A stretch of 59,907 nt of DNA from Octopus bimaculoides (GCF_001194135.2 NC_068984.1:140022759-140082665), one strand, 5' to 3'; shown: positions 25,922 to 38,825, counted from the stretch's first letter. Notes: generated from the sequence alone by a model not told the origin. Numbers and translations: made by a program.

Positions 25922-26088
25922 GTTGGTACTCCGTCGCTTGCGATGTCGAGGGTTCCAGTTGATCCGATCAACGGAACAGCCTGCTCGTCAAATTAACGTG
26001 CAAGTGGCTGAGCACTCCACAGACACGTGTACCCTTAACGTAGTTCTCGGGGATATTCAGCGTGACACAGAGTGACAAGGCTGACGAT
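25922..26088 (-). mobile_element. SINE type B tail only (5'-truncated)
   Basis: ggtactccgtcg...gatccgatcaacggaacagcctgctcg...gtacccttaacgtagttctcgggg...gacaaggctgac. Confidence 0.9.
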
Positions 26089-26303
26089 ATATACGTACAC
26101 ACACACGCATGCGCACGCACATACATAAGTTTATATTTGTTGGATAACTTGCAATGGACATTAAGTACAAACGTTTTACAGAAACAAAACATGAGTTTAT
26201 TCCATAGTGTGATTAAGACAATCTACATTAAAATACTTCACTTCATGAAGTGTCTGATTCATTAGTCACAGCTTATATGAGGATGATGGTTTCAAAACCA
26301 TGT

Positions 26304-26637
26304 GAAGGCGCATGACTCAGTGGTTAGAGCGTCGAGATTACGATCGTGAGGTTGTGAGATTGAATCCCGGACCGGGCTGTGCGTTGTGTTCTTGAGCAAG
26401 ACACTTTATTTCACGTTATTCCAATTCACTCAGCTGTAGAAATGAGTTACGACGTCACGGGTGCCAAACTGTATCGGCCTTTGCCTTTCCCTTGGATAAT
26501 ACTGGTGGTGTGGAGACGGGAGGCCGGTATGCATGGGCGACTGCTGGTCTTCCATAAACGACCTTGCCCGGACCTGTGCTTGGGAGGGTAACTTTCTAGG
26601 TGTAATCCCATGGTCAGTCATGACCGAAGGGGGTCTC
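26304..26637 (+). mobile_element. SINE type C with a third tail type, full length
   Basis: ggcgcatgactcagtggttagagcgtcg..., CORE-like gttcttgagcaagacactttatttcacg, and tail ...ccttgcccggacctgtgc...catgaccgaagggggtct. Confidence 0.9.
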
Positions 26638-27538
26638 AGCAGCAGCAGGTTTTAAAAAAACACAAAAAAAGAAAATGAAATACTTTTATTCATGATTACG
26701 ACCAAAATATAAATTGCAAGAACTTAGTAATAAGCTAACAGAAAAATAAGATGTGGATTTTATGGATATTTTCCATCGTAATTATAAATTCGAATTTCTA
26801 AGGTCGTCTCATGCTCAAAGCGGATGATTATCTTCCTCGTATTAGCTGCGATCACTAGAGGGAACCACATGTATGTAGTATGCTGTTTTTTTATTGCAAA
26901 TTTTGGACTCAGTATAAGACTAGTTTAGCTGTTAGAAAATTACTATTTGTAAATCTCAGAACGAGAGATATTCAGCAACAGTACTTTGGAGTAAAGATTA
27001 TTTGCCAACATAACATGGCAGTCCTAGTTTAGGACGAATGTTGCTGTAATTTAGCCCCAGGAGACTTCTAGTTTAGCTGTAGTCAAATTTGCATTCATAT
27101 CACACAATGAGACTAAAATCGTATGTTTATCAAATAGGCATGTCTTGCTTAGATTTTACATTATAAAAAAAGACACTCTCCAATGCATTGCTATTATGAA
27201 TTGCTGTAGATTTCTAGTATATCCGTGGACAGAAGATGGATATTTTTGTCCTATGAGGAAGAGTAAACTTTTCAGATCTGCCCATGGAGACCTCACACGG
27301 CGACTCTAAAATTGTATGTTATCAAAAAGGGATATCTTACATCGCTTTTCAACACACATACACACACAAGCACATATATATACGCACACAATTTATACTT
27401 ACATACACAGATACATACGCACACACAGTATAATATAATGTATATATTTATACACTCACATCTACGTATTTAGATACAGACAAAAGATACGTAAAAAGAG
27501 GAAAAATATCGGGTAATGAACAGGGATATAAATATATC

Positions 27539-27920
27539 GTGGCACTCCGTCGGTTACGACGACGAGGGTTCTAGTAGTTCCGATCAACGGAACCACCTAC
27601 TCGTCAAATTAACGTGTAAGTGGCTGAGCACTCCACAGACACGCGTACCCTTAACGTAGTTCTCGGGGAGATTCAGCGTGACACAGAGTGTGACAAGGCT
27701 GGCTCTTTGAATTACAGGCACAACAGAAACAGGAAGAAAGAGTGAGAGAAAGTTGTGGTGAAAGAGTACAGTACGGTTCGGCAGCACCCCCTGTCGAAGC
27801 CTCGGGGAGCTTTAGGTGTTTTCGCTCAATAAACACACATAACGTCCGGTCTGGGGATTGAAACCGCGATCCTACGACCGCGAGTCCGCTACTCTAGCAA
27901 CTGGGCCATTGCGCCTCCAC
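27539..27920 (-). mobile_element. SINE type B, full length
   Basis: Runs from the tail end gtggcactccgtcggttacgacg to the head (plus strand ...ctgggccattgcgcctccac). Confidence 0.93.
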
Positions 27921-28621
27921 ACGTATAACATATAATATGTATGTATGCATTCGTTATCTAACTACACATGTCTCATGTCTTATTTTCTACTCTAATCTAC
28001 ACATTTACATCTTTCTACTTTTCCCTATTTCTTTCCTACTAAGTCCCCCGCCATGTTGTCTTCATCCTCTTACTATTCCCTGCTCTTTTAGTCCGCTTAC
28101 TCCTACCTCTATTGAGCACTTTCTGCCATTGTTTGTTTAAATAGATTCTATTTTTCCTAATGTATTGAAGTCACATGGCTATTTTCAATGAAAGACTATT
28201 TCGTCCATCTTGTTTCTCGTGTTTTTTTTTCTCATTGTATTTTTCTCGTCTTTCCATGTAAATCTACGTGTTTATTCCAAAAGTTTTTAATATCTCCTGG
28301 ATTTTATTTGTTGTTGAGGTTAAAACATTTCGATGCCACCTTTTATGCGTGCATAGCCATGTTGTTAAGCTAAGCTGTGTGTGTGTGTTTGCATGTAACT
28401 TTACTTAATCTATTTACAAGAACGCATGCGTGTCTCTTTGTAAGATGTTTCCATGTGTGCATGTGTGAGTGTATGTATTAATATCTGAGACTGTCTGTGC
28501 GAATACGCTTGTTTGTGACCATGTTGTATTTTTGATTTGTAGAAGCATGTGTATTATTAGTTTCGTTCGGTATATGTGAGAGAACGCTTCCGTGAATGAG
28601 TGTTAGCATGAGAATATATTA

Positions 28622-29091
28622 TTTTCTACTCTAGGCACAAGGCTCGAAATTTTTGGGGAAGGGTCCAGTCGATTAGATCGACTCCAGTACGCAACTGGTA
28701 CTTAATTTATTTACTCTCAAAGGATGAAAGGCAAAGTCGACCTCGGTGGAATTTGAACTCAGAGCGTAAACACAGACGAAATACCAATTTCTTTATTATT
28801 TATAAAAGAGTAAACGTAAAGACAGACGCTAAGCATTTCGCCCGGCGTGCTAACGTTTCTTATTTCTTTACTGCCCACAAGGGGCTACACACAAAGGGGA
28901 CAAACAAGGACAGACAAACGGATTAAGTCGATTATATAGACCCCAGTGCGTAACTGGTACTTATTTAATCGACCCCGAATGGATAAAAGGCAAAGTCGAC
29001 CTCGGCGGAATTTGAACTCAGAACGTAGCGGCAGACGAAATACCACTAAGCATTTCGACCGGCGTGCTAACGTCTCTGCCAGCTCACCGCC
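28622..29091 (-). mobile_element. SINE type A dimer: full long-tail unit (28860-29091) plus headless short-tail unit (28622-28859)
   Basis: Junction gctaacgtttc|ttatttctttactgcccacaagggg, at the same position as in the 23558 array. Confidence 0.92.
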
Positions 29092-29133
29092 ATTGTGTCT
29101 GAATGTCTGCTTATGAATATCTATGACATGCTA

Positions 29134-29316
29134 CACGAGGAGGGGCTGAAAAATTTTGGGCCTTAAGGGTATCGCTTTAGGCTTGGTTAGAGACCCAGTC
29201 TTCCGAGTTCTTTTACAGAACTCGGAGATGGGAATTTGTTGAATAAAAATCCTAATTAACTGATCCTCCTGCATTTTCATTAACCTAAAGCCAGGAACTT
29301 TTCAGCACCCCCTTCA
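29134..29316 (+). mobile_element. Second copy of the mariner-derived MITE, with a further internal deletion
   Basis: cgaggaggggctgaaaaatttt...aaagccaggaacttttcagcacccc. Shares gagttcttttacag and taattaactgatcctcctg with 9692-9910. Confidence 0.8.
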
Positions 29317-29834
29317 CATGTGTATTAAATGCATTTGTGTATGTGTGTCTATCTGAACCGTGGGCGTACTTGTGTGTGTTAAAAATTATTTAGATATGAG
29401 CATGTATCTGTGTGCTTCGAGTATTTCTACTAATGGACCTATACGTATGTACTGGTAACTTTGGTGCATGGATGTGTCGCTCGCATGTGCAACTGCGTAT
29501 ATTGCGGTCGCATTCACAAACCATTCCGTTTATATCACACTCCGACAGTGTATGTTTTTTTTTTATTTGTTCTTCTTTTCCCTTTGTTCTGCCTTTGCTG
29601 TTTATTTCTCTGAATTGTTGCCAGAATTGAGATTACTACATTGTACCTGACTTTTTTCCTGTGTATTTGTCAATTCGAACTACACGGTCACGGCATGATA
29701 TTACGCAAACTACCTACTTTATGAACTCCGATCCTCTGCCGTTATTATTGTTTTTGATCTCGCAACGATGACTGGTCAGTCGATCTAAGCAACATTTTGT
29801 TTTAGAGCGTAATGGTTTGTAAGGTACGGGTATA

Positions 29835-30030
29835 GTGGAGGCGCAATGGCCCAGTGGTTAGGGCAGCGAACTCGCGGTCATAGGATCGCGGTTTCGATTC
29901 CCAGATCGGGCGTTGTGAGTGTTTATTGAGCGAAAACACCTAAAGCTCCACGAGGCTCCGGCAGGGGATGGTGGCGAACCCTGCTGTACTCTTTCACCAC
30001 AACTTTCTCGCACTCTTTCTTTCTGTTTCT
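29835..30030 (+). mobile_element. SINE type B, 3'-truncated
   Basis: gtggaggcgcaatggcccagtggttagggcagcg...ggtttcgattcccaga...ctttctttctgtttct. Confidence 0.92.
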
Positions 30031-30883
30031 GAATAATATCTATAAGATTGTATAAGATTACAAAAGAATATATTAGACTTTAGAAGACATTAAAAAAGAA
30101 CTTTATAAGAGGTATTGAAAGTGTCGTCCTTCATTTTCAATACATAAGTTGACTCTTCTGCACATGTTTTGAAATACGTCTTGGAGAGAAAAAAATTCAC
30201 TGCGGAAAGACTTTTTGAACACCCTATAGAACCAAAGTACTGTACTTAATTATCAGCAAATATATTGTTTTTGCCCTTCCTTTTATTTGCTGTCTCTCTC
30301 TCCTCTTTCTCATTTTCCTCCTGTGGGACTTAGATTTCCTTCTTTCCTCCTCTTCATCATCATTAATCATTCACCTGTTCAAAGTATTTTCTTCAGTTCG
30401 TGCCAAACGTCCATACTTGTTTCCTCACTGTTGGTTAATCCTTGTTTCAAATGTTCTGAGGAATATAAAGCTTTCCTTTCATAAGTCCCAAGCTATTCCG
30501 CTGGTTGTAACATTGGGAATATATGATGCATGGCCGCTTGAGGAATGTGTCTTGTATACTACGTGTGACACACACGACAAGCAAGAGAAAACGCTAGCGC
30601 AACACGATATGTATGTACACACAAACACACACACACACACACACACACATGCATACATACATACGTACATACATACATAAGTTTTTAAACACTATATTAA
30701 TACAAGTTGAACTCGAAGTAGATAAAGTTATGAATAATATCGTGTAAATATAGGCGCATGAATATTGGGTTAAAAACCTTTGGTCGGAAAAAAAATCAAA
30801 TGCTTCCCACGGAACTCGAACCCAACTTCGTTAAACTTGACATATGTTCTACATTGTCATGTTTACAGAATATGTGGGTTCAA

Positions 30884-31290
30884 AGGCGGCGAGCTGGCAG
30901 AAACGTTAGCAGGCCGGGCGAAATGCTTAGCGGTATTTCGTCTGACGTTACGTTATGAGTTCAAATTCCGCCGAGGTCGACTTTGCCCTTCATCCTTTCG
31001 GGGTCGATAAATTAAGTACCAGTTACGCACTTGGGGTCGATGTAATCGACTTAATCCCTTTGTCTGTCCTTGTTTGTCCCGTCTATGTTTAGCCCCTTGT
31101 GGGCAATAAAGAAATAAGAATCGTTAGCACGCCGGGCGAATTGCTTAGTGGTATTTCGTCCGTCTTTATGTTCTGAGTTCAAATTCCGCCGAGGTCCAAT
31201 ATGCCTTTCATCCTTTCATTAAGTACCACTCAAGAATCGGGGTCCCAGTGATCGAATATTCCCCACCCGCAAAATTCAGGCCATATGCCT
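30884..31290 (+). mobile_element. SINE type A dimer: full long-tail unit plus headless, more diverged short-tail unit
   Basis: ggcggcgagctggcagaaacgttagc...gggcaataaagaaataa|gaatcgttagcacgccgggcgaa, with the junction at 31117/31118. Confidence 0.92.
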
Positions 31291-32047
31291 ATACTTGGAA
31301 GGATTATTATTTAACTCGAGGCCAAACTGTCTGAATAGATCTATGATTAAACATATTTCATCCTCCACCATAGGACTACATTATCGATGTATTCTTCTGA
31401 GTAGTTTTTTAAGGAATTGGCTGCTGTTTCTAACAAGCCGTGAAAACACGAAAGTACTTAGGTTATTTGTGACGTTTATGAGTTATAGGTTATGCTGGCG
31501 ATCGTTGAGGAATATGTCAGTCGCTATTTTAATAGTCTAATGAAAGTATTTGTAATGTTGATTTCATAACAGCTTTGTTGCTGTAAAGATGTTCGTGGCT
31601 TGGATGGATGCAGTGTGTTGAGTTAGTTTGCGTAACAAAGGAAAAACATTATGAAAACACCTTGAAAGATGTGTGAAGAAAACAGTGAAAAGAATTAGGA
31701 ACGTGTTTTTCTAAATGGAACAGACTGGCGCATAAGCTTGACATTTTAAACAAATAAATGGCCACGAATAAGTAAAATGGAGACAGCACTTTAGATCATG
31801 TATTCAAAGAATTTTTGCCATTACTACTATTTTGAATTACGACCACCAAATTTTCAAAGTAGATTCACACTTTTATATTGGAATAATGTGATGATGTATC
31901 CATCAGACACGCGATGGCAATATGGCGGAAAGTTTTTCTTGCAGATGGCTTCTGGAACAAATATTTATGACATTTTATCGTTAAATTGTTTTATATTGTT
32001 TAATGAAAATTTATCTCAATATATCTCTCTAGCTAGTATTGTTTGTG

Positions 32048-32118
<71 letters not shown>

Positions 32119-32160
32119 NNNNNNNNNNNNNNNNNNNNNNNNNNNNNNNNNNNNNNNNNN

Positions 32161-32203
<43 letters not shown>

Positions 32204-33473
32204 GTGTGTGTGTGCATATAAGTATGTATGTTATGTATATCTCTCTATCCTTATATATATGTGTAAGTATATACATACGTATATGTATATTTATGTGTGT
32301 ACGTGTGTATGTACGTGTGTGTGTATGTGTTTTTGTAGGTACATATATATATGTATATATATATACATATGTGTGTATGTGTGTATATATATGTATGCAT
32401 ATATATATATACTTTTGTTATTTACACCACCTGTCCTCGTCTGTTGTTATTTTTTGTATATTCTCCCATATATACAAATATATATATATATATACATATG
32501 CATACACATACATAGATACATACATACACACACATATATATATATATAGATATAGATATGTATATACATATATATATATANNNNNNNNNNNNNNNNNNNN
32601 NNNNNNNNNNNNNNNNNNNNNNNNNNNNNNNNNNNNNNNNNNNNNNNNNNNNNNNNNNNNNNNNNNNNNNNNNNNNNNNNNNNNNNNNNNNNNNNNNNNN
32701 NNNNNNNNNGTATATACATATATGTATATACATATATGTATGTATATCTAATCTACATGCATAAAATATTTTGCATATACATATATGTAGTATATAACGC
32801 TATATATATATATATATATATATACATACATGCACACACATACATAAACACATACATACATACATCTATATGCGCGTGTGTGGCTGTGTGTGCGTGAGTG
32901 TGAGTCGTGGATATCATGTTGAAATCATAATTATAACTTATCTTTATATTTTCCAGAGAAAATTGTGTTTTCATTGATTGTATTCTTATTGTATCCGAGA
33001 CATTATACAATAAGAATGATGATCTCCGTGTCTTGTGTTCTTATATATTCTGCCATGATTAATTTTTGATATTCAGATTTTATATAAAGAATTTATATAA
33101 ATTTCGATACTTTTGTGCGACAGATGTGTAATAATTTCTTAACTTTGGTCAGCATTGACGGAGCAGAATATTCAATCAAATGCACAGCCTATTATTGTAT
33201 TATCAGTTTCAGCTTGAGGTTGTGGTCATGCTGGGGCACCACCATTAGCAATAACGCTTGTATAGTTTCGGCTTCACGATCCATTCCCCGGAATCGGTCC
33301 TGGTGAAGTAGTGAGTCGGAAAGTGGTACCCTTCTCTGCAGTTATTTGCAACTTGAATTGTGGGATTGTCAAGTATATCACATAAAAAGTTGCTCTACTT
33401 CGTGGGTCCACAAGCTTTTTAGACCATCGACCCCGTCATGGAATCCTTGACCACCTCATCGATCCCCCAAGCA

Positions 33474-33681
33474 TTCTTTTATTCTTTTATTTCTTTCAGT
33501 CATTTCACTGTGGCCATGCTGGAGCACCGCCTTTAGTCGAACAAATCGATCCCAGAACTTATTCTTTGTAAGCCTAGTACTTCTTCTATCGGTCTCTTTG
33601 CCGAACCGCTAAGTAAAGGGGACGTGAACACACCAGCATCGGTTGTCAAGCGATGGTGGGGAGACAAACACAGACACACAA

Positions 33682-33746
<65 letters not shown>

Positions 33747-33909
33747 CGATGGGCTTCTTTCAGTTTCCATCAACCAAGTCCACTCACAAGGCTTTGGTTG
33801 GCCCAAAGGTATAGTAGAAGACACTTGCTCAAGGTGCCACGCAGTTGGACTGAAACCGGAACCACGTGGTTGGTGAGCAAGCTACTTACCACACAGCCAC
33901 GCCTGCGCC
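33474..33909 (-). mobile_element. SINE type D, full length, with internal (CA)n(TA)n
   Basis: Complete tail and head, with the microsatellite at ~33670-33746. Confidence 0.93.
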
Positions 33910-35118
33910 TACAAGAAAATAAATAAATAAATAAATAAAAATAATTAAGTAGAATAGTCCCATCGAATCCTAAGGGGTCGATATCGACCACTTTGGAGAC
34001 CTCTGGTCTAATTCTTCTTTGAACTCGTTTACATTTATATCTCATAGATATCTGAGGCCTTTTGGCAAGATATTGAAAACTATTTAAATTTATATTACCC
34101 AAATATTGTGCAACAAACCCTATTGTAAAACTAAGATGTGATTTGAAGATCTGGTTGGTACTTTTAGCAGATGGAGTGACCACGAAGGCTCGGTCCAGTC
34201 TAAACACAGAAAGAGGTTGCACAAAGAATGGATAAAATCCTGATAGCAAACTCTATAATTTCACTTTATAGTATAAACGAAACGATTTCAAGTTCGTTTC
34301 TTAGGCTGGGCTTGAATGTTATACCAAAACGATGGTCTACTTCATATAGCAGAATCGTTTATAAAACACAGTTAGGAATTAATTCATTCGAAATAAATTG
34401 TCTTATAACATTGTCAGTATTTACTAGAATAAAGTTTAAATAGTAATATATATCATTCTTAGATTTTCTTTTCTTTTCATCAAAGTGTCTGCCTGAAGAT
34501 AAAAGAAATGTTGCAGACATTGTTCGATTCTGTTAAAATTCATCGTGTATATATATATTGTGTGTGGCTGCGTGCGTATGTGCTTGCATATGAAGAAACG
34601 TTAATTATTTTCAAAAATTCCATGGAGGATTTAATCATTAATGGCTATAAAATACGGAAATGGAACAGGAATCAATATGAAAATGCTATATTTTAATTTT
34701 TCATCGAGTTATTTAAAAGTTATTATTCATCAAAGGCTTTGAAAATTTTTGATATTTCATACATACGTTTTAATTACTAGCGACAGTTGGCAAACAATAC
34801 ATATACTAGAACTAAAGATACGCAAGCACTTAAAACAAGTGTATATAACAGACTCGAGTGATTTATGTTAGCGTAGACATATAGCTGTGTACAGTCATAT
34901 TTAACATATTAATGAACATTCGAACGTGGAAATATAATACGTTGCACAAGTTGCCTCGAAAAGGGACAACTTGTGCAGCCATAGACAATATGGCTGTAAA
35001 CGCATTGATTGGTTAGGAATGATGTCACCCATCCGTAGGACACATACATTTCTGCGTCATATATATATAAATATATATATGTATGTATGTATGTTATATA
35101 TATATATATGTATATGTG

Positions 35119-35203
<85 letters not shown>

Positions 35204-35314
35204 ATGGTATTATTAAAATACCATCACGAGTGGCAAGCGAATTATCAGCCGTACAGGCAAATTTATAAAATATATACATACAATATTAGATATGTACATA
35301 TACACAAGAGTAAT

Positions 35315-35512
35315 ACATGAGTTCCTATATCGCTAAAGCTAGAAGTCAAAAAATACTATATGGTACTGTAACAAAGATATCATCTACTCCATCTAAATTC
35401 AGGACCAGGTACTGCAATAGTCTAGGGTTCAAAGGTCCACAGCTCATCAATGCCCTGTCACAAAAATTAACAAATCCACATAAGGTGGAGGTAGAGGTCT
35501 TCAAAAAAGAAC
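35315..35512 (+). mobile_element. CR1-like LINE ORF2 C-terminal fragment
   Basis: KISSTPSKFRTRYCNSLGFKGPQLINALSQKLTNPHKVEVEVFKK resembles the 'NSL...GP.LFN.LP..LR......VFK..LD' end of CR1/L2-group ORF2. Confidence 0.7.
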
Positions 35513-35559
35513 ATACATACATACATAGGTCAACAGATATTTGCCTATCCGTGTGTGGG

Positions 35560-35780
35560 TGTGTGTTTGTGTTTATGTTTATCCTTCCTCTGACTGAAAC
35601 CGCTATTGCTTTGTTTACATTCCCGTAAGTTAGCGGTTCGGTAAAAGACGCCTATGGAATAAATACCAGACACAGAAAATATAAAAAAAAAACAACATAA
35701 GTGCCGGGTTAGGATTAGGGTGGCAGTACTCCAGCGTAGAGGCAGTCAAATGACAGAAGGGAACAAACGAATAAAAAATA
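35560..35780 (+). mobile_element. Old SINE type D 3' half
   Basis: tttacattcccgtaagttagcggttcggtaaaagac...gtactccagcgtagaggcagtcaaatgacaga. Confidence 0.7.
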
Positions 35781-36177
35781 CCCAGAAGTTAAAGACCGTA
35801 TATATTTTGAAATGTTTCCTATTAAGATTACTGACAAACATTTCAGAGCCTCTGAAATTAAGCTGTCATTTATCATTTGCTAGACTTTTTTCTTTTTCAT
35901 AAAACTTGATTTATACCATCATTGCGATTGCTGGAAATGGTGAAAACAACTGAAAGACTATTTATCCTTTCTGAAATACTTATGAAACTAAACTCATTTA
36001 ATGTGTTGTTTTTTATCTAAGCGTAATGGATTTCGCACGGATATTCGCAGAAAAGTACCCCTGGAGACGTGATATACTCTGACATAGTTGTAATAATACT
36101 TTCGCACATACACGCATGCACACACGCATGCGTGTATGTGCGTATATATATGTATATATATATCGTGTATATGTATG

Positions 36178-36208
<31 letters not shown>

Positions 36209-36948
36209 AAATATCGTGTACCGCGATATCCTTTGTGTTCTGTTTTTAATTTATGTTTGATATATTCTTTCACCTCTGCCATTATCTGGCATATACAGGT
36301 GCTTACACAAATATTCCCTCTAAACTTATAATATATATATATATATAAAAACAAAAGTAAATGAGTATATGCATATATACGTACAGGTATGTGCATACCG
36401 ACATCCACCTGTATGTATAGGTGCANNNNNNNNNNNNNNNNNNNNNNNNNNNNNNNNNNNNNNNNNNNNNNNNNNNNNNNNNNNNNNNNNNNNNNNNNNN
36501 NNNNNNNNNNNNNNNNNNNNNNNNNNNNNNNNNNNNNNNNNNNNNNNNNNNNNNNNNNNNNNNNNNNNNNNNNNNNNNNNNNNNNNNNNNNNNNNNNNNN
36601 NNNNNNNNNNNNNNNNNNNNNNNNNNNNNNNNNNNNNNNNNNNNNNNNNNNNNNNNNNNNNNNNNNNNNNNNNNNNNNNNNNNNNNNNNNNNNNNNNNNN
36701 NNNNNNNNNNNNNNNNNNNNNNNNNNNNNNNNNNNNNNNNNNNNNNNNNNNNNNNNNNNNNNNNNNNNNNNNNNNNNNNNNNNNNNNNNNNNNNNNNNNN
36801 NNNNNNNNNNNNNNNNNNNNNNNNNNNNNNNNNNNNNNNNNNNNNNNNNNNNNNNNNNNNNNNNNNNNNNNNNNNNNNNNNNNNNNNNNNNNNNNNNNNA
36901 CATGTATGTATATATGTATATATGTATGTATGTATGTTTATATGTATA

Positions 36949-37733
36949 CTGGGTGCGGTGAATAAACTGTTGTCTAAATTAAGCAAAAATGAAAATAACA
37001 CTGACATCTCATTTTAACAGATATATTTACCAAAATTACATAAAAATGTATGGAAATACTAAACAGTAAATTTATTCAATAAAATCGCCATTGGCTTCGA
37101 CAACGGCCTCGACGACTTCGGGATCACCTGCAACTCTTCTGGACGGTCTCCTTGTATTATAACTTCGAAAAAACATAGTGATTGAGGGAGTTGCAGTCTG
37201 CGGACTTAGGTGGCCAGATATTAGGGATGATGTGGTCGCAGAAACTGACAGCAATGACTGGGTTCTCCTGCTTGCGTGGCATGGTGCAGAGTCCTTGTTG
37301 CCAGATGTAGGGTCTTCCAGCAGCCACCCTCTTGACCCAGGGCAGCACTACCTCCCCCAGGCAGTTGATATAGGCCTTCGTGTTGAGTGTGAGGCCGGGT
37401 GGGAAGATGAATGTAATCATAAGGTTGCAATCACCAGTGATCACTCCAAACATCATCATGTTGACTGGATATTTTATTTTTATCACTCTCGGTACATGTT
37501 CGTATTGGTACATGTTCGTATTGGTACATGTTCGTATTGGTACATGTTCGTATTGGTACATGTTCATAAGGTCGTTTCCAAATTCCTGGCAGAGTGAATC
37601 GCCTCATAGTGCTGTTTTTTTCAGACAGTGTCCAACTAACCTTACTACAATGTGTAGTTGACAAAACCAAAAGCGAACAATGCGTATGCGCGAAATTAAA
37701 AATTTTAAATGACGATAATTTATCCATCGCGGC

Positions 37734-37738
<5 letters not shown>
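36949..37738 (-). mobile_element. Tc1/mariner superfamily DD37D (maT-like) transposon, internally deleted, both TIRs present
   Basis: Imperfect TIRs ctgggtgcggtgaataaactgttgtc / gacgataatttatccatcgcggcctctg. N-terminus MRRFTLPGIWKRP joined to HVPRVIKIKYPVNMMMFGVIT...YINCLGEVVLPWVKRVAAGRPYIWQQ...FCDHIIPNIWPPKSADCNSL and C-terminus EAVVEANGDFIE*. The frame is broken; DD37D is inferred from similarity to the recalled consensus. Confidence 0.85.
37491..37565. repeat. 16-bp minisatellite (GGTACATGTTCGTATT) x4.7
   Basis: Four perfect units plus an 11-bp partial unit, at the transposon's deletion junction. Confidence 0.97.
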
Positions 37739-37797
<59 letters not shown>

Positions 37798-38779
37798 NNN
37801 NNNNNNNNNNNNNNNNNNNNNNNNNNNNNNNNNNNNNNNNNNNNNNNNNNNNNNNNNNNNNNNNNNNNNNNNNNNNNNNNNNNNNNNNNNNNNNNNNNNN
37901 NNNNNNNNNNNNNNNNNNNNNNNNNNNNNNNNNNNNNNNNNNNNNNNNNNNNNNNNNNNNNNNNNNNNNNNNNNNNNNNNNNNNNNNNNNNNNNNNNNNN
38001 NNNNNNNNNNNNNNNNNNNNNNNNNNNNNNNNNNNNNNNNNNNNNNNNNNNNNNNNNNNNNNNNNNNNNNNNNNNNNNNNNNNNNNNNNNNNNNNNNNNN
38101 NNNNNNNNNNNNNNNNNNNNNNNNNNNNNNNNNNNNNNNNNNNNNNNNNNNNNNNNNNNNNNNNNNNNNNNNNNNNNNNNNNNNNNNNNNNNNNNNNNNN
38201 NNNNNNNNNNNNNNNNNNNNNNNNNNNNNNNNNNNNNNNNNNNNNNNNNNNNNNNNNNNNNNNNNNNNNNNNNNNNNNNNNNNNNNNNNNNNNNNNNNNN
38301 NNNNNNNNNNNNNNNNNNNNNNNNNNNNNNNNNNNNNNNNNNNNNNNNNNNNNNNNNNNNNNNNNNNNNNNNNNNNNNNNNNNNNNNNNNNNNNNNNNNN
38401 NNNNNNNNNNNNNNNNNNNNNNNNNNNNNNNNNNNNNNNNNNNNNNNNNNNNNNNNNNNNNNNNNNNNNNNNNNNNNNNNNNNNNNNNNNNNNNNNNNNN
38501 NNNNNNNNNNNNNNNNNNNNNNNNNNNNNNNNNNNNNNNNNNNNNNNNNNNNNNNNNNNNNNNNNNNNNNNNNNNNNNNNNNNNNNNNNNNNNNNNNNNN
38601 NNNNNNNNNNNNNNNNNNNNNNNNNNNNNNNNNNNNNNNNNNNNNNNNNNNNNNNNNNNNNNNNNNNNNNNNNNNNNNNNNNNNNNNNNNNNNNNNNNNN
38701 NNNNNNNNNNNNNNNNNNNNNNNNNNNNNNNNNNNNNNNNNNNNNNNNNNNNNNNNNNNNNNNNNNNNNNNNNNNNNNN

Positions 38780-38814
<35 letters not shown>

Positions 38815-38825
38815 GCACGCACATG

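Noticed and set aside
21588-29920. tRNA-gene-like sequences at SINE heads
   Set aside because: A and B boxes are present, but there is no complete acceptor stem and they continue into SINE bodies. They are not tRNA genes.
30290-30480. Minus-strand charged peptide (NDDEEEERRKSKSHRRKMRKRR)
   Set aside because: It arises from purine-rich low complexity, with stops nearby and no splice support.
31320-31560. Possible Penelope RT motif (VRNSSQFLKKL) on the minus strand
   Set aside because: It is a single short motif without the following FDV.SL motif, so it could be chance.
37491-37565. CRISPR-like appearance of short direct repeats (also 16344/16701 and 48435)
   Set aside because: There are no unique spacers and no cas genes, and the context is eukaryotic.
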